The translations under genes were made by a program, and so were the position numbers. Source: Candidatus Subterrananammoxibius californiae (GTDB lineage Bacteria > Planctomycetota > Brocadiia > Brocadiales > Subterrananammoxibiaceae). Taken from it: a DNA stretch of 29,453 nucleotides. Numbering within the stretch: the stretch's first letter is position 1; each line of letters begins with the position of its first letter. Positions 7,481 through 17,183 of this stretch are shown piece after piece. The stretch lies in the NCBI GenBank assembly GCA_030586555.1, contig JAURAC010000009.1:56091-85543 (forward strand), given 5' to 3'. Below the pieces are notes generated by a model. The model made no database searches and was not told the DNA's origin. It saw nothing but the letters and a program-made list of their open reading frames with translations.

Positions 7481-8044
7481 GTGAAACTTAGGACATTTAT
7501 TGCTGTGGAGATAAATGAGGAAATAAGAAAAGGGTTGTCTGATTTAATTACCCGCCTTAAAACAACCGGGGCGGATGTTAAATGGGTTGCACCGGAAAAC
7601 ATTCATATAACACTTAAGTTCTTGGGCTACATAGAGGATTCGCAAGTTGTGTTAGTAAGCCAACTTATCCGAGAGGCAACAACATCCATAAATTCATTTA
7701 CAACTGTTATAAAACATCTGGGAGCCTTCCCTAATGTGAAAAGACCCCGTGTAATATTTGTTGTTGCCCATGAAGAGGGCAACAATCTTGCTACTATATA
7801 TTCACGTCTCAATGAAAGCCTTACAAAGCCGGATATTGAAAGTGAAAGCCGTGAATTTACGCCACATTTGACGGTTGGTCGGGTAAAATCATTAAAGAAT
7901 CTGACGGCATTGACGGATTTAATGGATTCTCTAAAGGAATCATCCTTCGGTCAGCAGATGGTTAAAGGTATTGTATTAATGCAAAGCGACTTAAAACCCA
8001 CGGGACCAATTTATAAGAAATTGAAAGAATTTAAATTCGGGTAG
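7481..8044 (+). CDS. thpR: RNA 2',3'-cyclic phosphodiesterase (2H family)
   Basis: RTFIAV, HITLKFLG, FP...PRVI, FTPHLTVGR; usual position upstream of recA. Confidence 0.95.
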   Translation: MKLRTFIAVEINEEIRKGLSDLITRLKTTGADVKWVAPENIHITLKFLGYIEDSQVVLVSQLIREATTSINSFTTVIKHLGAFPNVKRPRVIFVVAHEEGNNLATIYSRLNESLTKPDIESESREFTPHLTVGRVKSLKNLTALTDLMDSLKESSFGQQMVKGIVLMQSDLKPTGPIYKKLKEFKFG

Positions 8045-8211
8045 ACAACGAGGTTTTACCTCGTTGACTCCTCTGCATTGGGGTGGCATGGACAAACTCG
8101 TTTGTCCGTGCCTCTTGTTTTCAGGAAGAACACGGACAATCCGCTTGAGCGGATTGTCCATGCCACCCTCTTGTAGGGGCGCCGTCAGCGAACACAAAGT
8201 TCGTTGTTTAT
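8041..8211. repeat. Composite nested REP cloverleaf in the thpR-recA spacer
   Basis: Outer GTAGACAACGAGG..CTCGTTGA / TCAGCGAAC..GTTCGTTGTTTAT, as in the empty copy at 23480-23543; encloses two inverted GGACAAAC copies, one with TCCGCTTGAGCGGA in its loop. Confidence 0.9.
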
Positions 8212-8230
8212 CGAATAAGGGGGATATGAA

Positions 8231-9298
8231 ATGGGCAAACAGGCAATAGAGGTTGAAAAGGATAAAAAACAGCAGGCGCTTGAGCGTGCGGTCTCTCAGA
8301 TTGAGAAGCAGTACGGCAAGGGCGCCATTATGCGCCTTGGCAGTGAAACAAAGATGGATGTTCCTGTAATCTCAACGGGCTCTTTATCCCTTGACCTTGC
8401 TCTCGGTGTTGGCGGAGTACCCAGGGGCAGGGTGATAGAGATTTTTGGTCCTGAGGCATCGGGAAAGACAACCCTTACACTCCATATTGTTGCCTGTGCG
8501 CAAAAGAGTGGTGGTGTTGCAGCCTTTATAGACGTGGAACATGCCCTTGACCCTGATTATGCCAGGAGGCTCGGGGTTGACCTGGATAACCTGCTTGTGA
8601 ACCAGCCAGATACCGGTGAGCAGGCGCTCGATATTGCCGAACTACTTGTCAGGAGCAATGCGGTGGATGTTATTGTTGTGGACTCTGTCGCCGCCCTTGC
8701 CCCAAGGGCAGAGATTGAGGGCGAGATGGGCGACCAGCATATCGGACTTCAGGCACGGCTCATGTCACAGGCGCTTCGCAAATTAACCAGTATTATTTCA
8801 AAGTCGCATACATGTGTTATATTTATTAATCAGATTCGTGAAAAGATTGGCGTGATGTTTGGTAATCCAGAAACAACCCCTGGTGGCAGGGCGCTAAAAT
8901 TTTATTCCTCGGTTCGCATTGAGATACGAAGAATAGGCACCATAAAGGATGGAGAGATGATTATGGGCAACCGTGTAAGGGCTACCGTGGCAAAAAACAA
9001 GGTTGCTCCACCCTTCCGCAAGGCTGAATTTGATATAATGTATAATAGTGGTATATCCCGTTCTGGTGATGTGCTTGACCTTGCTGTTGAGAATCAAGTG
9101 GTGGAGCGAAGCGGCACATGGTTCTCATACAAAAGTAACAGATTGGGACAGGGCAGGGAAAACGCCAAACAGTTTATTGAGCAAAATCCAGACTTGCTTA
9201 AAGAGGTTGAGCAAGAAATTATAAAAAAGATAATGTCCAAAAAAGTTGAAGCAGATGTTTTTGAAGGGAAGATAGAAGCATCAGATGAAGACCAATGA
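8231..9298 (+). CDS. recA: Recombinase A
   Basis: [54 protein letters not shown]. Confidence 0.99.
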   Translation: MGKQAIEVEKDKKQQALERAVSQIEKQYGKGAIMRLGSETKMDVPVISTGSLSLDLALGVGGVPRGRVIEIFGPEASGKTTLTLHIVACAQKSGGVAAFIDVEHALDPDYARRLGVDLDNLLVNQPDTGEQALDIAELLVRSNAVDVIVVDSVAALAPRAEIEGEMGDQHIGLQARLMSQALRKLTSIISKSHTCVIFINQIREKIGVMFGNPETTPGGRALKFYSSVRIEIRRIGTIKDGEMIMGNRVRATVAKNKVAPPFRKAEFDIMYNSGISRSGDVLDLAVENQVVERSGTWFSYKSNRLGQGRENAKQFIEQNPDLLKEVEQEIIKKIMSKKVEADVFEGKIEASDEDQ

Positions 9299-11930
9299 GA
9301 TTAGAAAAAGATTCCTAAGGTTTTTTGAACAGAGAGGGCATACCGTCTTTCCAAGCGATTCTTTGATTCCCACGAACGACCCAACCCTTTTGTTTACGGG
9401 TGCAGGGATGAACCAGTTCAAGAATATGTTTCTCGGCTCGCACATGGGTAACGTTTTACGTGCAACAACATGCCAGAAATGCCTCCGTACCGGGGACATA
9501 GAGAACGTTGGCAGGACAGCCTCTCACCACACCTTCTTTGAAATGCTTGGTAATTTCTCCTTCGGTGATTACTTTAAAGAGCAGGCAATTGAGTGGGCGT
9601 GGGAGTTTCTTCTTAAAGAAGCAAAACTCCCTGAAGAACGCCTTTCTGTGAGTGTGTTCGAAGATGATAAGGAATCCTATGATATATGGCAGAAGCGCAT
9701 AGGTGTACCGGCGCATAAAATATATAAGTTTGGCGAAAAAGATAATTTCTGGCCCTCCTGCGCCCCATCTCAAGGACCAAATGGTCCCTGTGGTCCATGT
9801 TCAGAGGTCTTTTACGACCAGGGTCCCAATGTTGGCTGTGGAAGAAAGGAATGCGACCCCTCCTGCGATTGCGACAGATACGTTGAAATATGGAATCTTG
9901 TGTTCATACAATTCGATAGAAAGGATAGAGGCATATTAGACCCATTATCAAAAAAGGGCATTGATACAGGCATGGGGCTTGAGAGGATGGCAAGGGTCTT
10001 GCAAGGTGTTCTATCCAATTTTGAAATAGACATCTTTTTGCCTATAATACAACAGATAGCCGAGATAGCAGGCGTAAAATACGACGGCAAAAACCAAAGC
10101 GGTATTCTGATGCGCCGCATTGCTGACCATGCTCGTGCAGTGGTCTTTTGTATTTCAGATGGCGTTTTGCCGAGTAACGAGGGACGCGGCTATGTAGAGA
10201 GAAGGCTCCTGAGAAAGGCTGTCCGAGACGGCGTTCAACTTAGTATTCATGAAAGCTTCCTTTATAAGTTAGTGCCTATCATCTGTGATGTCATGCAAGA
10301 ACCATACCCTGAGGTTAAACAGCGGCGGGAGAATATCGCAAGGATTATAAAAAGCGAAGAGGAGCGATTCCTTCTTACCCTTGACCAGGGTACAAGCATG
10401 CTTGAAGAGCTTATGAAAGGGCTTCTTAAAAGCGGTAAAAAGGTCTTACCAGGCATTGAGGCATTCCATCTTTATGATACTTGCGGCTTCCCTCTTGAGA
10501 TGACCGAATCAATCCTGAATGAAAAAGGCTTAATAGTTGAAAAGGACGGTTTTGAGAGGGAAATGGTGCTTCAGCGCGAGCGTTCCCGAACGTCCTCTGA
10601 CATGAGCGGTGCGGTCTTCGACAGCGGACCTCTCGGTAAATTAAAAGCAATTTCTGCAGGGACAAAGTTTTTGGGGTATAAGGAAATCGAATCTCCGGGA
10701 AAAATCCTTGCGATTCTTGTCGAGGACAATCTGGTTGATACTGCCGAAAAGGGACAAGAGGTAACAATTATGCTTGACCAAACCCCATTTTACGCCGAGG
10801 GCGGAGGCCAGATTGGGGATAGCGGGCGAATAGACTCCCAGAATGGTCACTTAGAGGTTACCACTACAAGGAAAATGGACAACCTCATTTTGCACACCTG
10901 TAAGGTAATCAAAGGAAAGGTGAGCAGGGGTGAATCTGTGGTATCTAAGGTTGATGCCCCTAAGAGGGCAGCTATCCGACGAAGCCATTCAGCTACTCAT
11001 CTTCTTCATCATGTTTTAAGACAGGTAATTGGTCAGCATGCCGAGCAGTCAGGTTCTCTTGTATTGCCCGACAGGCTGCGTTTTGACTTTAACCATTTCA
11101 CTGCCGTTACAAGGGAAGAACTTACAAGGATAGAAGACGTGGTTAACGAAAAGATAATGCTAAATAGCCCTGTAGAGACCCGGGAGATGTCCCTCAATGA
11201 GGCAAAGTCTTCTGGAGCAATTGCACTTTTTGGCGAGAAATACGGCGAAACAGTACGGGTAGTTGGTATAGGCGATTTCAGCCGTGAACTCTGTGGCGGT
11301 ACCCATGTCAAAAACACAGGTGAGATAGGATTCTTTAAGATTGTAAGCGAGGCATCTATTGCGGCAGGTATTCGACGTATTGAAGCCCTGACAAGTGCTG
11401 CCGCCGTGGATAAGATTCGAGAAAGGGAGGATATTGTCAGGGAACTATGCAGTGTATTAAAGACACCAGAAAATCAACTTGTCCAACGGATTGAAGATGT
11501 ACTTGACGAAGCAAAGAAACTTAATAAGGAGATTCAGCAGTTAAAACAGGGAAACATTGATAAGGTAACGGACGCACTTATCGCCAATGCGAAGGAAGTT
11601 TCTGGGGTAAAGATTATAACGGAGAAAATTGAAGGCGTGAAGGCGGAAGACCTCCGCAATACCGCAGATGCTTTGCGAAAATTAATAAGCTCCGTTGCTA
11701 TTGTACTGGGCACTACCGAGGATGGCAGGGTCATTCTTATAACTTGCCTGAGTCAGGACCTTATTAAAAGGGGACTCCATGCGGGCAACATTGCAAAGGA
11801 TATTGCCAGGATAGTCGGCGGTGGGGGTGGCGGCAAGCCTGATATAGCGCAGGCAGGTGGACAGCTAACCGATAGGCTCGACGAAGCCCTGAAGGCTTCT
11901 TACAAAATTATCAGTGAAAAATTGGATTAG
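9285..11930 (+). CDS. alaS: Alanine--tRNA ligase
   Basis: [61 protein letters not shown]. Confidence 0.99.
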   Translation: MKTNEIRKRFLRFFEQRGHTVFPSDSLIPTNDPTLLFTGAGMNQFKNMFLGSHMGNVLRATTCQKCLRTGDIENVGRTASHHTFFEMLGNFSFGDYFKEQAIEWAWEFLLKEAKLPEERLSVSVFEDDKESYDIWQKRIGVPAHKIYKFGEKDNFWPSCAPSQGPNGPCGPCSEVFYDQGPNVGCGRKECDPSCDCDRYVEIWNLVFIQFDRKDRGILDPLSKKGIDTGMGLERMARVLQGVLSNFEIDIFLPIIQQIAEIAGVKYDGKNQSGILMRRIADHARAVVFCISDGVLPSNEGRGYVERRLLRKAVRDGVQLSIHESFLYKLVPIICDVMQEPYPEVKQRRENIARIIKSEEERFLLTLDQGTSMLEELMKGLLKSGKKVLPGIEAFHLYDTCGFPLEMTESILNEKGLIVEKDGFEREMVLQRERSRTSSDMSGAVFDSGPLGKLKAISAGTKFLGYKEIESPGKILAILVEDNLVDTAEKGQEVTIMLDQTPFYAEGGGQIGDSGRIDSQNGHLEVTTTRKMDNLILHTCKVIKGKVSRGESVVSKVDAPKRAAIRRSHSATHLLHHVLRQVIGQHAEQSGSLVLPDRLRFDFNHFTAVTREELTRIEDVVNEKIMLNSPVETREMSLNEAKSSGAIALFGEKYGETVRVVGIGDFSRELCGGTHVKNTGEIGFFKIVSEASIAAGIRRIEALTSAAAVDKIREREDIVRELCSVLKTPENQLVQRIEDVLDEAKKLNKEIQQLKQGNIDKVTDALIANAKEVSGVKIITEKIEGVKAEDLRNTADALRKLISSVAIVLGTTEDGRVILITCLSQDLIKRGLHAGNIAKDIARIVGGGGGGKPDIAQAGGQLTDRLDEALKASYKIISEKLD
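11856..11930 (+). repeat. Direct repeat copy 1 (last 25 codons of alaS)
   Basis: 68/75 nt identical to 13392-13466. Confidence 0.95.
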
Positions 11931-12209
11931 TATCTTAGGAATTACGAATAGCCAAAAAGAAAAAGAGATACTACTACTACTAAAGGCTATGGGCTATAGG
12001 GAACTTAATACCAATTGCCTATTGCCTCTCTAAGTATAGGAAAAATAAAGAGCCCATTGGACGGATTAAATATTAAAAGGGAAGACGGAGGCAAGGCTTA
12101 ATTGCAGGTCGGACAGAGGGGGGGTATATTCGAACTTGGTTCGGATGTGAACGAGTTGGCGGCTCATTGTGGGCGTGAAAAAGGATTAAATAGATGAGGA
12201 GGAGGAATT

Positions 12210-12509
12210 ATGCCAAGACGAAAAAAAGGTGCTGTGCGTAAAGGTCATGGGGTCATGTGTAATATATGCGGAGTCAATTGCGGCAAGGGCGGTGCGCTGA
12301 AAAAACATGTAGAAGGAGAGCACGAAGTCGATTATGAAATCTACAAGAAATGTTTCTATGGCAGTACTAAAAATGTCATTGCTGATGGATGGGATGATTC
12401 AGTTTCAACGTCGAGTGGAAAAACTGTGATTACGCATGTCCTGGTACGCCGGTTTGTTGGCGAGCCTGGTACCAGAGGAGCTACAAGGACAGCAAGAGTA
12501 AACAAATAG
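12210..12509 (+). CDS. Small basic protein with C2H2-type zinc-finger spacing
   Basis: GAGGAGGAGG RBS; C-x2-C-x12-H-x4-H (CNICGVNCGKGGALKKHVEGEH). Confidence 0.75.
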   Translation: MPRRKKGAVRKGHGVMCNICGVNCGKGGALKKHVEGEHEVDYEIYKKCFYGSTKNVIADGWDDSVSTSSGKTVITHVLVRRFVGEPGTRGATRTARVNK

Positions 12510-12574
12510 TATTTTTAGAAAAAGAGAATGCGAAATGCAATGGTAATATCTATTTCAAGAATGCCCGCAACGGC

Positions 12575-12756
12575 AGATAACACCAGATTGGCGTCGATAA
12601 CCCTTCGGGAAATCGGCAGGCTTTATCTCCAAAACAAAAATCAAAATGACAAACCAAAAACCAAGGACTAATTTTTTATTTTTTGCAGTGTGTTTTTGAT
12701 ATTTGAGGTTTGATATTTGATATTCCAACTGACTTCGCCAATCCAGACCGTTAAGA
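12575..12756 (+). other. attC-like integron cassette recombination site
   Basis: R'' AGATAAC, inner arms GATTGGCG (12586-12593) / CGCCAATC (12736-12743), R' GTTAAGA (12750); loop expanded by heptamer-like repeats. Confidence 0.5.
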
Positions 12757-12876
12757 ATAGTAAAGATTCATTATACTACAGCAAGCAAAGCATTAAAGGA
12801 TGGGATAAAATAAAAAATGATATCTCAAAACCTGCCCCCATAATTTTCCTTAAAATCTAAATAGGAGGTGTTCATA

Positions 12877-13104
12877 ATGAGGCCGAATGAAATTGTAAAA
12901 GAGATAGATAAGTTGGATCTATCGGAGAAATTAATATTAGTTGAGGATATTTGGGATGGTATTGCTAAACATAATGCTGAGTTGCCAATGCCAGAATGGC
13001 AAAAAGCTGAGTTAGATAAAAGATACAGTGAATATAAAGGTGGAAAATTAAAACTCCATGATTGTGAAGGTGTACATGAGGAATTAAGGAATAAATATAA
13101 ATGA
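12877..13104 (+). CDS. Addiction module antitoxin (TIGR02574-like)
   Basis: LDLSEKLILVEDIWDGI...PEWQKAELDKR; AGGAGGTG RBS before ATG 12877; ATGA overlap with the toxin. Confidence 0.88.
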   Translation: MRPNEIVKEIDKLDLSEKLILVEDIWDGIAKHNAELPMPEWQKAELDKRYSEYKGGKLKLHDCEGVHEELRNKYK

Positions 13105-13382
13105 TTCTACGTTACACCGATAGATCAAAAGATGATGTTGAATTGGCGTTTGCGTGGTACGAAAAACAGAGAAGAGGACTTGGCTTTGAGTTTCTTGACT
13201 GTGTTGAGGTATCGCTAAAGAGCATTCTAAGTTTCCCGGAAATGTATGAAAAAATTTATTCCAGTTTCAGGCGATGCGTTGTCAGAAGATTTCCCTTCTC
13301 AGTATTTTATACAATAGAAGGGAATGAAATTGTGATTCATTCTGTCTTTGATAACAGGCAGGACCCGAAAAAGCGGCCATAA
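13101..13382 (+). CDS. Type II toxin, RelE/ParE family
   Basis: AFAWYEKQRRGLGFEFL...P...RRCVVRRFPFSVFY...VFDNRQDP. Confidence 0.9.
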   Translation: MILRYTDRSKDDVELAFAWYEKQRRGLGFEFLDCVEVSLKSILSFPEMYEKIYSSFRRCVVRRFPFSVFYTIEGNEIVIHSVFDNRQDPKKRP

Positions 13383-13391
13383 AAGACATTG

Positions 13392-13466
13392 GGGGGACAG
13401 TTACTCGAAAGGCTCGATGAAGCCCTGAAGGCTTCTTACAAGATTATCAGTGAAAAATTGGATTAG
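13392..13466 (+). repeat. Direct repeat copy 2 (displaced alaS 3' end, [24 protein letters not shown])
   Basis: Its TAG (13464-13466) overlaps the comEC TAA (13463-13465, minus strand). Confidence 0.95.
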
Positions 13467-16087
13467 CGCTTAATGAATGTTGAGACGTTAATAATTCCGT
13501 GACTGTTAATAGTAACAGTAATAGCGCCTGAATGGTCTGTCCGAAAGACTTGCGTGCCGTTTTCAAGGTACTCGTTTAAGGTCTTTTCGGATACGGTTTT
13601 GGTATCTGAATTAATAAAGGCATAGTGCGGCTGTACCTTCTTGACTAATTTATTAGTGTTTGCAATGTAAAAGCCGTGATGGGGTACCTGGATTATGTCC
13701 GCTTTGAGATTATCAAAATTATAGAGCAGTGAGGCAATTCCTGCCTCTTTTACATCCGCCAGCAGTAACAACGTTCTGCCAGCGTATCCAATTCGTAAAA
13801 CGCATGAGTTATCATTCGATGATAAGATACTGTTCTGAGGGGGACCAAGCACCATTAGTTCTGCCTCGCCAAACCCATTAATCCTCGTCCCCAAAGATAC
13901 TACAAAATGCTTAATACCTTTATCTTTTAGCACTTTAAGTACATTCCTTTCGTTTGAGATTGCTTCGTCGCTTACGCTCCTCGCAATGACACTAAACCGT
14001 CTCTGTTCCTGCATACTGTCATTGCGAGCCGAAGGCGAAGCAATCCCATCAGTCGCTTTGTTTGAGGACAAGCTATTATAGTAAGATTGTAAGAAGAATT
14101 TGTTCGTCAAGACGGCATCTATTCTGAATCTTTCCAGGAGCGAAGGAAGTGCGTTCGTGTGGTCAGTATGTTCATGAGAAAGCACTACAAGGTCAATCTT
14201 CTTTATCCCTCTTTCCCAGAGAAATGGGGCGATTATGGATTCCCCGACGTCAAAGTTTGCGTAGCTTCCAGCATCGAAAAGCAAATTCTTTCCGTTAGGA
14301 AACTCGATAAATACTGCACTTCCATGACCTACAGATAAACAGGTGAGCCTTAAATCTTTATTCCTCTGTCCAAAGCCATTCCAGAACCTGTCCTGAACTT
14401 GATTCAGGAAAAAGAATACGTTGCCGCAAACAAGCATAAGGATAATCACATAAGCAAGACGAAGCCTCATCTCCTTGTACCAGATAAGTGTTATACCCAT
14501 GGCATAATATATAGAAATCCATAGCCACGACGGACCGGGGGTGTAAAAGAATGTTAACTGAGGGACACCCGTGCTGTGCACGGGTCGTGCGAGGGTTTCG
14601 ATGAGCCATTCCAGAATAAGGTTTGAGTAATGAATTAAATATGCAAATGGAACGGTAAGAAGGGGGTGGATAGAACCGACAATTAAAATGACTAAACCAC
14701 CCACAACAAGAATACAAATTAATGGAAATATGATAATATTCAGGAGCGCAACAAATGGTGTTAAAATGTGGAAATAATGAGCAATCAATGGCATTACTGC
14801 AAGCCAAGCGCCAAGTGACACACATAAGTTTTTCCTGATGTAACGCCAGAGGAAGCCCAATTTACTCCTCTCTTCAGGCGCCTGGAGCCGCTCTATTAGA
14901 AGTGTGCCTTTCCACAAAAAACCTTCAATCCTGTTTGAAACATAAACAATGCCAAGTACGCCGAGCACGGAAAGTTGAAGTCCTATGCTGAAAAGTTCGG
15001 AAGGGTTTCTGATTAAAATAATTAGTACGGCAGCCGCTATGCTATTGGGCAAATCCCGTCCCCTGTTCAACAGGATGGCGCCAAAATAAATGGATGCCAT
15101 CAAGCATGCCCTGACTGCTGATGGGACCATTCCGGTTAAGATTGCATATAACATGAGAAACAAAATCATTGCACCGGCAGATATCCTTCTGTTTATACCC
15201 AACATGCGCAGGAGGGTATGCACTGCAATAACAAGTATGCCAACATTGAAACCGCTGATTGCCAGGAAATGAATAGTACCTGTCTTCTTAAAAGCCTCCA
15301 TAACATCGTTAGATATATTTTGCCTATCCCCGAGAATCATACCGATAACAATTGAAGAACTATCAGAGGTGCAGCACCTATTAATAATTTTCGCAAGTCT
15401 CTCCTTAATAAAATTTACAAACCTAAAAAAGGCATTTCCATTGTTTCTGGACAGGACTTTTATGTTAGAGAGGTTTGTAACCGTCATTAAGGCTGTAATA
15501 CTCGGCTGCTGCCTTTGAAGGTATCTTCTGTAGTCCCATTGTCCAGGATTGTTCGGCGGCAATGGAGCAGAAATAGTACCAAGTAATTCTATCTTATTAC
15601 CGTATTTGATTGCGTCCGCCTCAGGGGGATTTGTGTACGAGCTTACACGAATGGTTCCTGAAACCCTCTCCCATTTAGCCTTGTTTTTTATCATATCTGC
15701 CTTTAACAAGAAAGATGATTGTTGCATCGTTTGTTGGGGCGGGGTAACCACACCCCTGCGCGGTAATTGTTTAATAGTGGGAGAGCTAACAACAATGCCC
15801 TGCAAATAAGCAGGTTTTTTTTCTGCAGTCAATAATCGTGATATATGATTAATGGGATAATGGGAATAGCTGTAGTGGTGATAAGATGCCCCGGTCATGC
15901 CTATAAGTAAGAAGCTACTTACAACACAAAAACTAAGGGGTGCGCCGAGATAAAATAAAATGGGGAAAGATAGCAATGATATGAATGTAAGGACAAGAAG
16001 AAAAGAAATGGGAATATTAAAGGAATAATCCAGCAATATTCCCAGCGCAAACGCTCCACAAACACCCACCAGAGGATGGCGGTTCAT
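13463..16087 (-). CDS. comEC: DNA internalization competence protein ComEC/Rec2
   Basis: NNPGQWDYRRYL, ILGDR, GTIHFLAISGFNV, SAVRA, GLQLS, multiple TM helices, C-terminal metallo-beta-lactamase fold (VGHGSA, SHEHTDH, NDNSCVL, VPHHG). Confidence 0.96.
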   Translation of the reverse strand: MNRHPLVGVCGAFALGILLDYSFNIPISFLLVLTFISLLSFPILFYLGAPLSFCVVSSFLLIGMTGASYHHYSYSHYPINHISRLLTAEKKPAYLQGIVVSSPTIKQLPRRGVVTPPQQTMQQSSFLLKADMIKNKAKWERVSGTIRVSSYTNPPEADAIKYGNKIELLGTISAPLPPNNPGQWDYRRYLQRQQPSITALMTVTNLSNIKVLSRNNGNAFFRFVNFIKERLAKIINRCCTSDSSSIVIGMILGDRQNISNDVMEAFKKTGTIHFLAISGFNVGILVIAVHTLLRMLGINRRISAGAMILFLMLYAILTGMVPSAVRACLMASIYFGAILLNRGRDLPNSIAAAVLIILIRNPSELFSIGLQLSVLGVLGIVYVSNRIEGFLWKGTLLIERLQAPEERSKLGFLWRYIRKNLCVSLGAWLAVMPLIAHYFHILTPFVALLNIIIFPLICILVVGGLVILIVGSIHPLLTVPFAYLIHYSNLILEWLIETLARPVHSTGVPQLTFFYTPGPSWLWISIYYAMGITLIWYKEMRLRLAYVIILMLVCGNVFFFLNQVQDRFWNGFGQRNKDLRLTCLSVGHGSAVFIEFPNGKNLLFDAGSYANFDVGESIIAPFLWERGIKKIDLVVLSHEHTDHTNALPSLLERFRIDAVLTNKFFLQSYYNSLSSNKATDGIASPSARNDSMQEQRRFSVIARSVSDEAISNERNVLKVLKDKGIKHFVVSLGTRINGFGEAELMVLGPPQNSILSSNDNSCVLRIGYAGRTLLLLADVKEAGIASLLYNFDNLKADIIQVPHHGFYIANTNKLVKKVQPHYAFINSDTKTVSEKTLNEYLENGTQVFRTDHSGAITVTINSHGIINVSTFIKR
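13956..14047. repeat. GATTGCTTCG..TCGCAATGAC / GTCATTGCGA..CGAAGCAATC palindromic element in frame in comEC
   Basis: 92-nt inverted doublet encoding GIASPSARNDSMQEQRRFSVIARSVSDEAIS. Confidence 0.9.
14387..14409. repeat. CCTGAA-N5-TTCAGG family copy inside comEC
   Basis: CCTGTCCTGAACTTGATTCAGGA (FLNQVQDR). Confidence 0.8.
14567..14585. repeat. Perfect 8-bp-arm palindrome inside comEC
   Basis: ACCCGTGC-TGT-GCACGGGT (RPVHSTG); single copy in window. Confidence 0.55.
15615..15629. repeat. TCCGCCTCAGGCGGA family copy inside comEC
   Basis: TCCGCCTCAGGGGGA (NPPEAD). Confidence 0.7.
15733..15759. repeat. Decayed GTAG-type REP inside comEC
   Basis: GTTGGGGCGGGGTAACCACACCCCTGC (RRGVVTPPQQ). Confidence 0.7.
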
Positions 16088-16123
16088 GTTGGCTTTTTCT
16101 TACTTTTTCAAGAAAAAGGTATG

Positions 16124-16196
16124 CGCCCCCGGCAGGATTCAAACCTGCGACCTATGGCTCCGGAGGCCAGCGCTCTGTTCACTGAGCTACGGGGGC
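16124..16196 (-). tRNA. tRNA-Arg(CCG), CCA not encoded
   Basis: GCCCCCG/CGGGGGC acceptor stem, GCTC/GAGC D stem, anticodon loop CTCCGGA, GCAGG/CCTGC T stem, A20 identity base, G73. Confidence 0.95.
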
Positions 16197-16268
16197 GTCT
16201 TATTTTAAGAAATAAAATCCACTGACATCTGCTTTAGAAAGGTAACATTGCTATCGTCTATAATTTTT

Positions 16269-16296
16269 GTAAGGGCAATTCATGAATTACCCCTAT
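16269..16296. repeat. GTAG-type REP
   Basis: GTAAGGGCAATTCATGAATTACCCCTAT; contains the stop of the PIN pseudogene. Confidence 0.85.
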
Positions 16297-16655
16297 TGTA
16301 CTCCACAATATTTCAAAAACTGCTGAGGTGTTAATATCTTAATCCTCATATATTCCCTTATAGCTTTCATTGATTTATCCCCTGTTATAATGACTTCTGC
16401 TTTTAATGCCACTGCACATTCTATGAATTTATCATCATTGGGGTCGTCTTTGACAGCCCTTATTTTTGGTGTCTTTGTAGTAAAGAGCGTATTAAAACCC
16501 TTGGCAAAAAGAGAGAGAAGTTCCTTAAGCTCAATTTCATCTTGAAGACAAATTCTTTGTAGTACCTCGACATATTCATCAAGAATCTCTTTAGACAGAC
16601 AAAGGGTTATATTTCCACTTTTCCATCCGCCTGAGGCGGATATAATTTTCCTGGA
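16293..16655 (-). pseudogene. 5'-truncated PIN-domain toxin (TIGR00305-like), not in the ORF track
   Basis: Translated by hand: SRKIISASGGWKSGNITLCLSKEILDEYVEVL...DDPNDDKFIECAVALKAEVIITGDK...IKILTPQQFL; no N-terminal DTN motif; in-frame TAG at 16665-16667. Confidence 0.85.
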
Positions 16656-16748
16656 ATCATTTGCCTATTTATTGTCCCCAAACCTCTAAATGTTCTTTAT
16701 TAGCTTATTTCTATTCTTTATATTTCAAAAGTCTGCCCCGAACTCGTT

Positions 16749-17183
16749 TCAGGGTAACAGTGTAAAGATAGGGCAATGAGATGGTTTTATTATTGAAAAA
16801 TGACGTCTATCAGTGGTGAGTATTCTATCAACCTTCAGACGTTCAGCAATAGCAACAATAGAGGCATCTACAAATCCTATATTGGCATCAGAATATGCTT
16901 TGAGCAGTTCATTAATTCGTTTCAGATCCTCCATCTTAAAATGTTCAACCTTTAGTTCTCCAAGTATAAGAGAATTTATAAACTTGCGCTCAACCTCGAT
17001 GCCGAGATAGGAATTTAAAAGATAGCATACTTCAGGCGCTACAGTTGAAGGAATCGTGAGTATATCATTGCTGTTTTTTATAAAGTTTTTCACACGTTCA
17101 TGCCATGAATCATCTTTGTCAGACATAGCATAAACAATCCCAGTATCTACAAGGGCTATTTGTTTTTTAAATGTCTTTTCCAA
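16749..17183 (-). CDS. vapC: VapC PIN-domain toxin
   Basis: LVDTG, DSWH, PEVCYLL, IGFVDASIVAIAERL, ILTTDRRHF. Confidence 0.92.
   Translation of the reverse strand: MEKTFKKQIALVDTGIVYAMSDKDDSWHERVKNFIKNSNDILTIPSTVAPEVCYLLNSYLGIEVERKFINSLILGELKVEHFKMEDLKRINELLKAYSDANIGFVDASIVAIAERLKVDRILTTDRRHFSIIKPSHCPIFTLLP

Larger units (their letters stand above)
11931..13391. mobile_element. Integrated islet at the alaS 3' end (no integrase present)
   Basis: Flanked by the 75-bp direct repeat; partly AT-rich; carries an orphan ORF, an attC-like site and a TA pair. Confidence 0.75.

Noticed and set aside
7991..8249. ORFs 8064..8249(+) and 7991..8197(-)
   Set aside because: Composed almost entirely of nested palindromic repeats; no credible protein features.
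9285..9298. recA/alaS 14-nt overlap and absence of recX
   Set aside because: Ordinary translational coupling in a common gene cluster.
11931..13391. Prophage or IS identity for the islet
   Set aside because: No integrase, transposase or phage genes and no convincing terminal inverted repeats.
16088..16196. tRNA-Arg as an island integration site
   Set aside because: No duplicate of its 3' end seen in the window; the TA genes lie on its 5' side.
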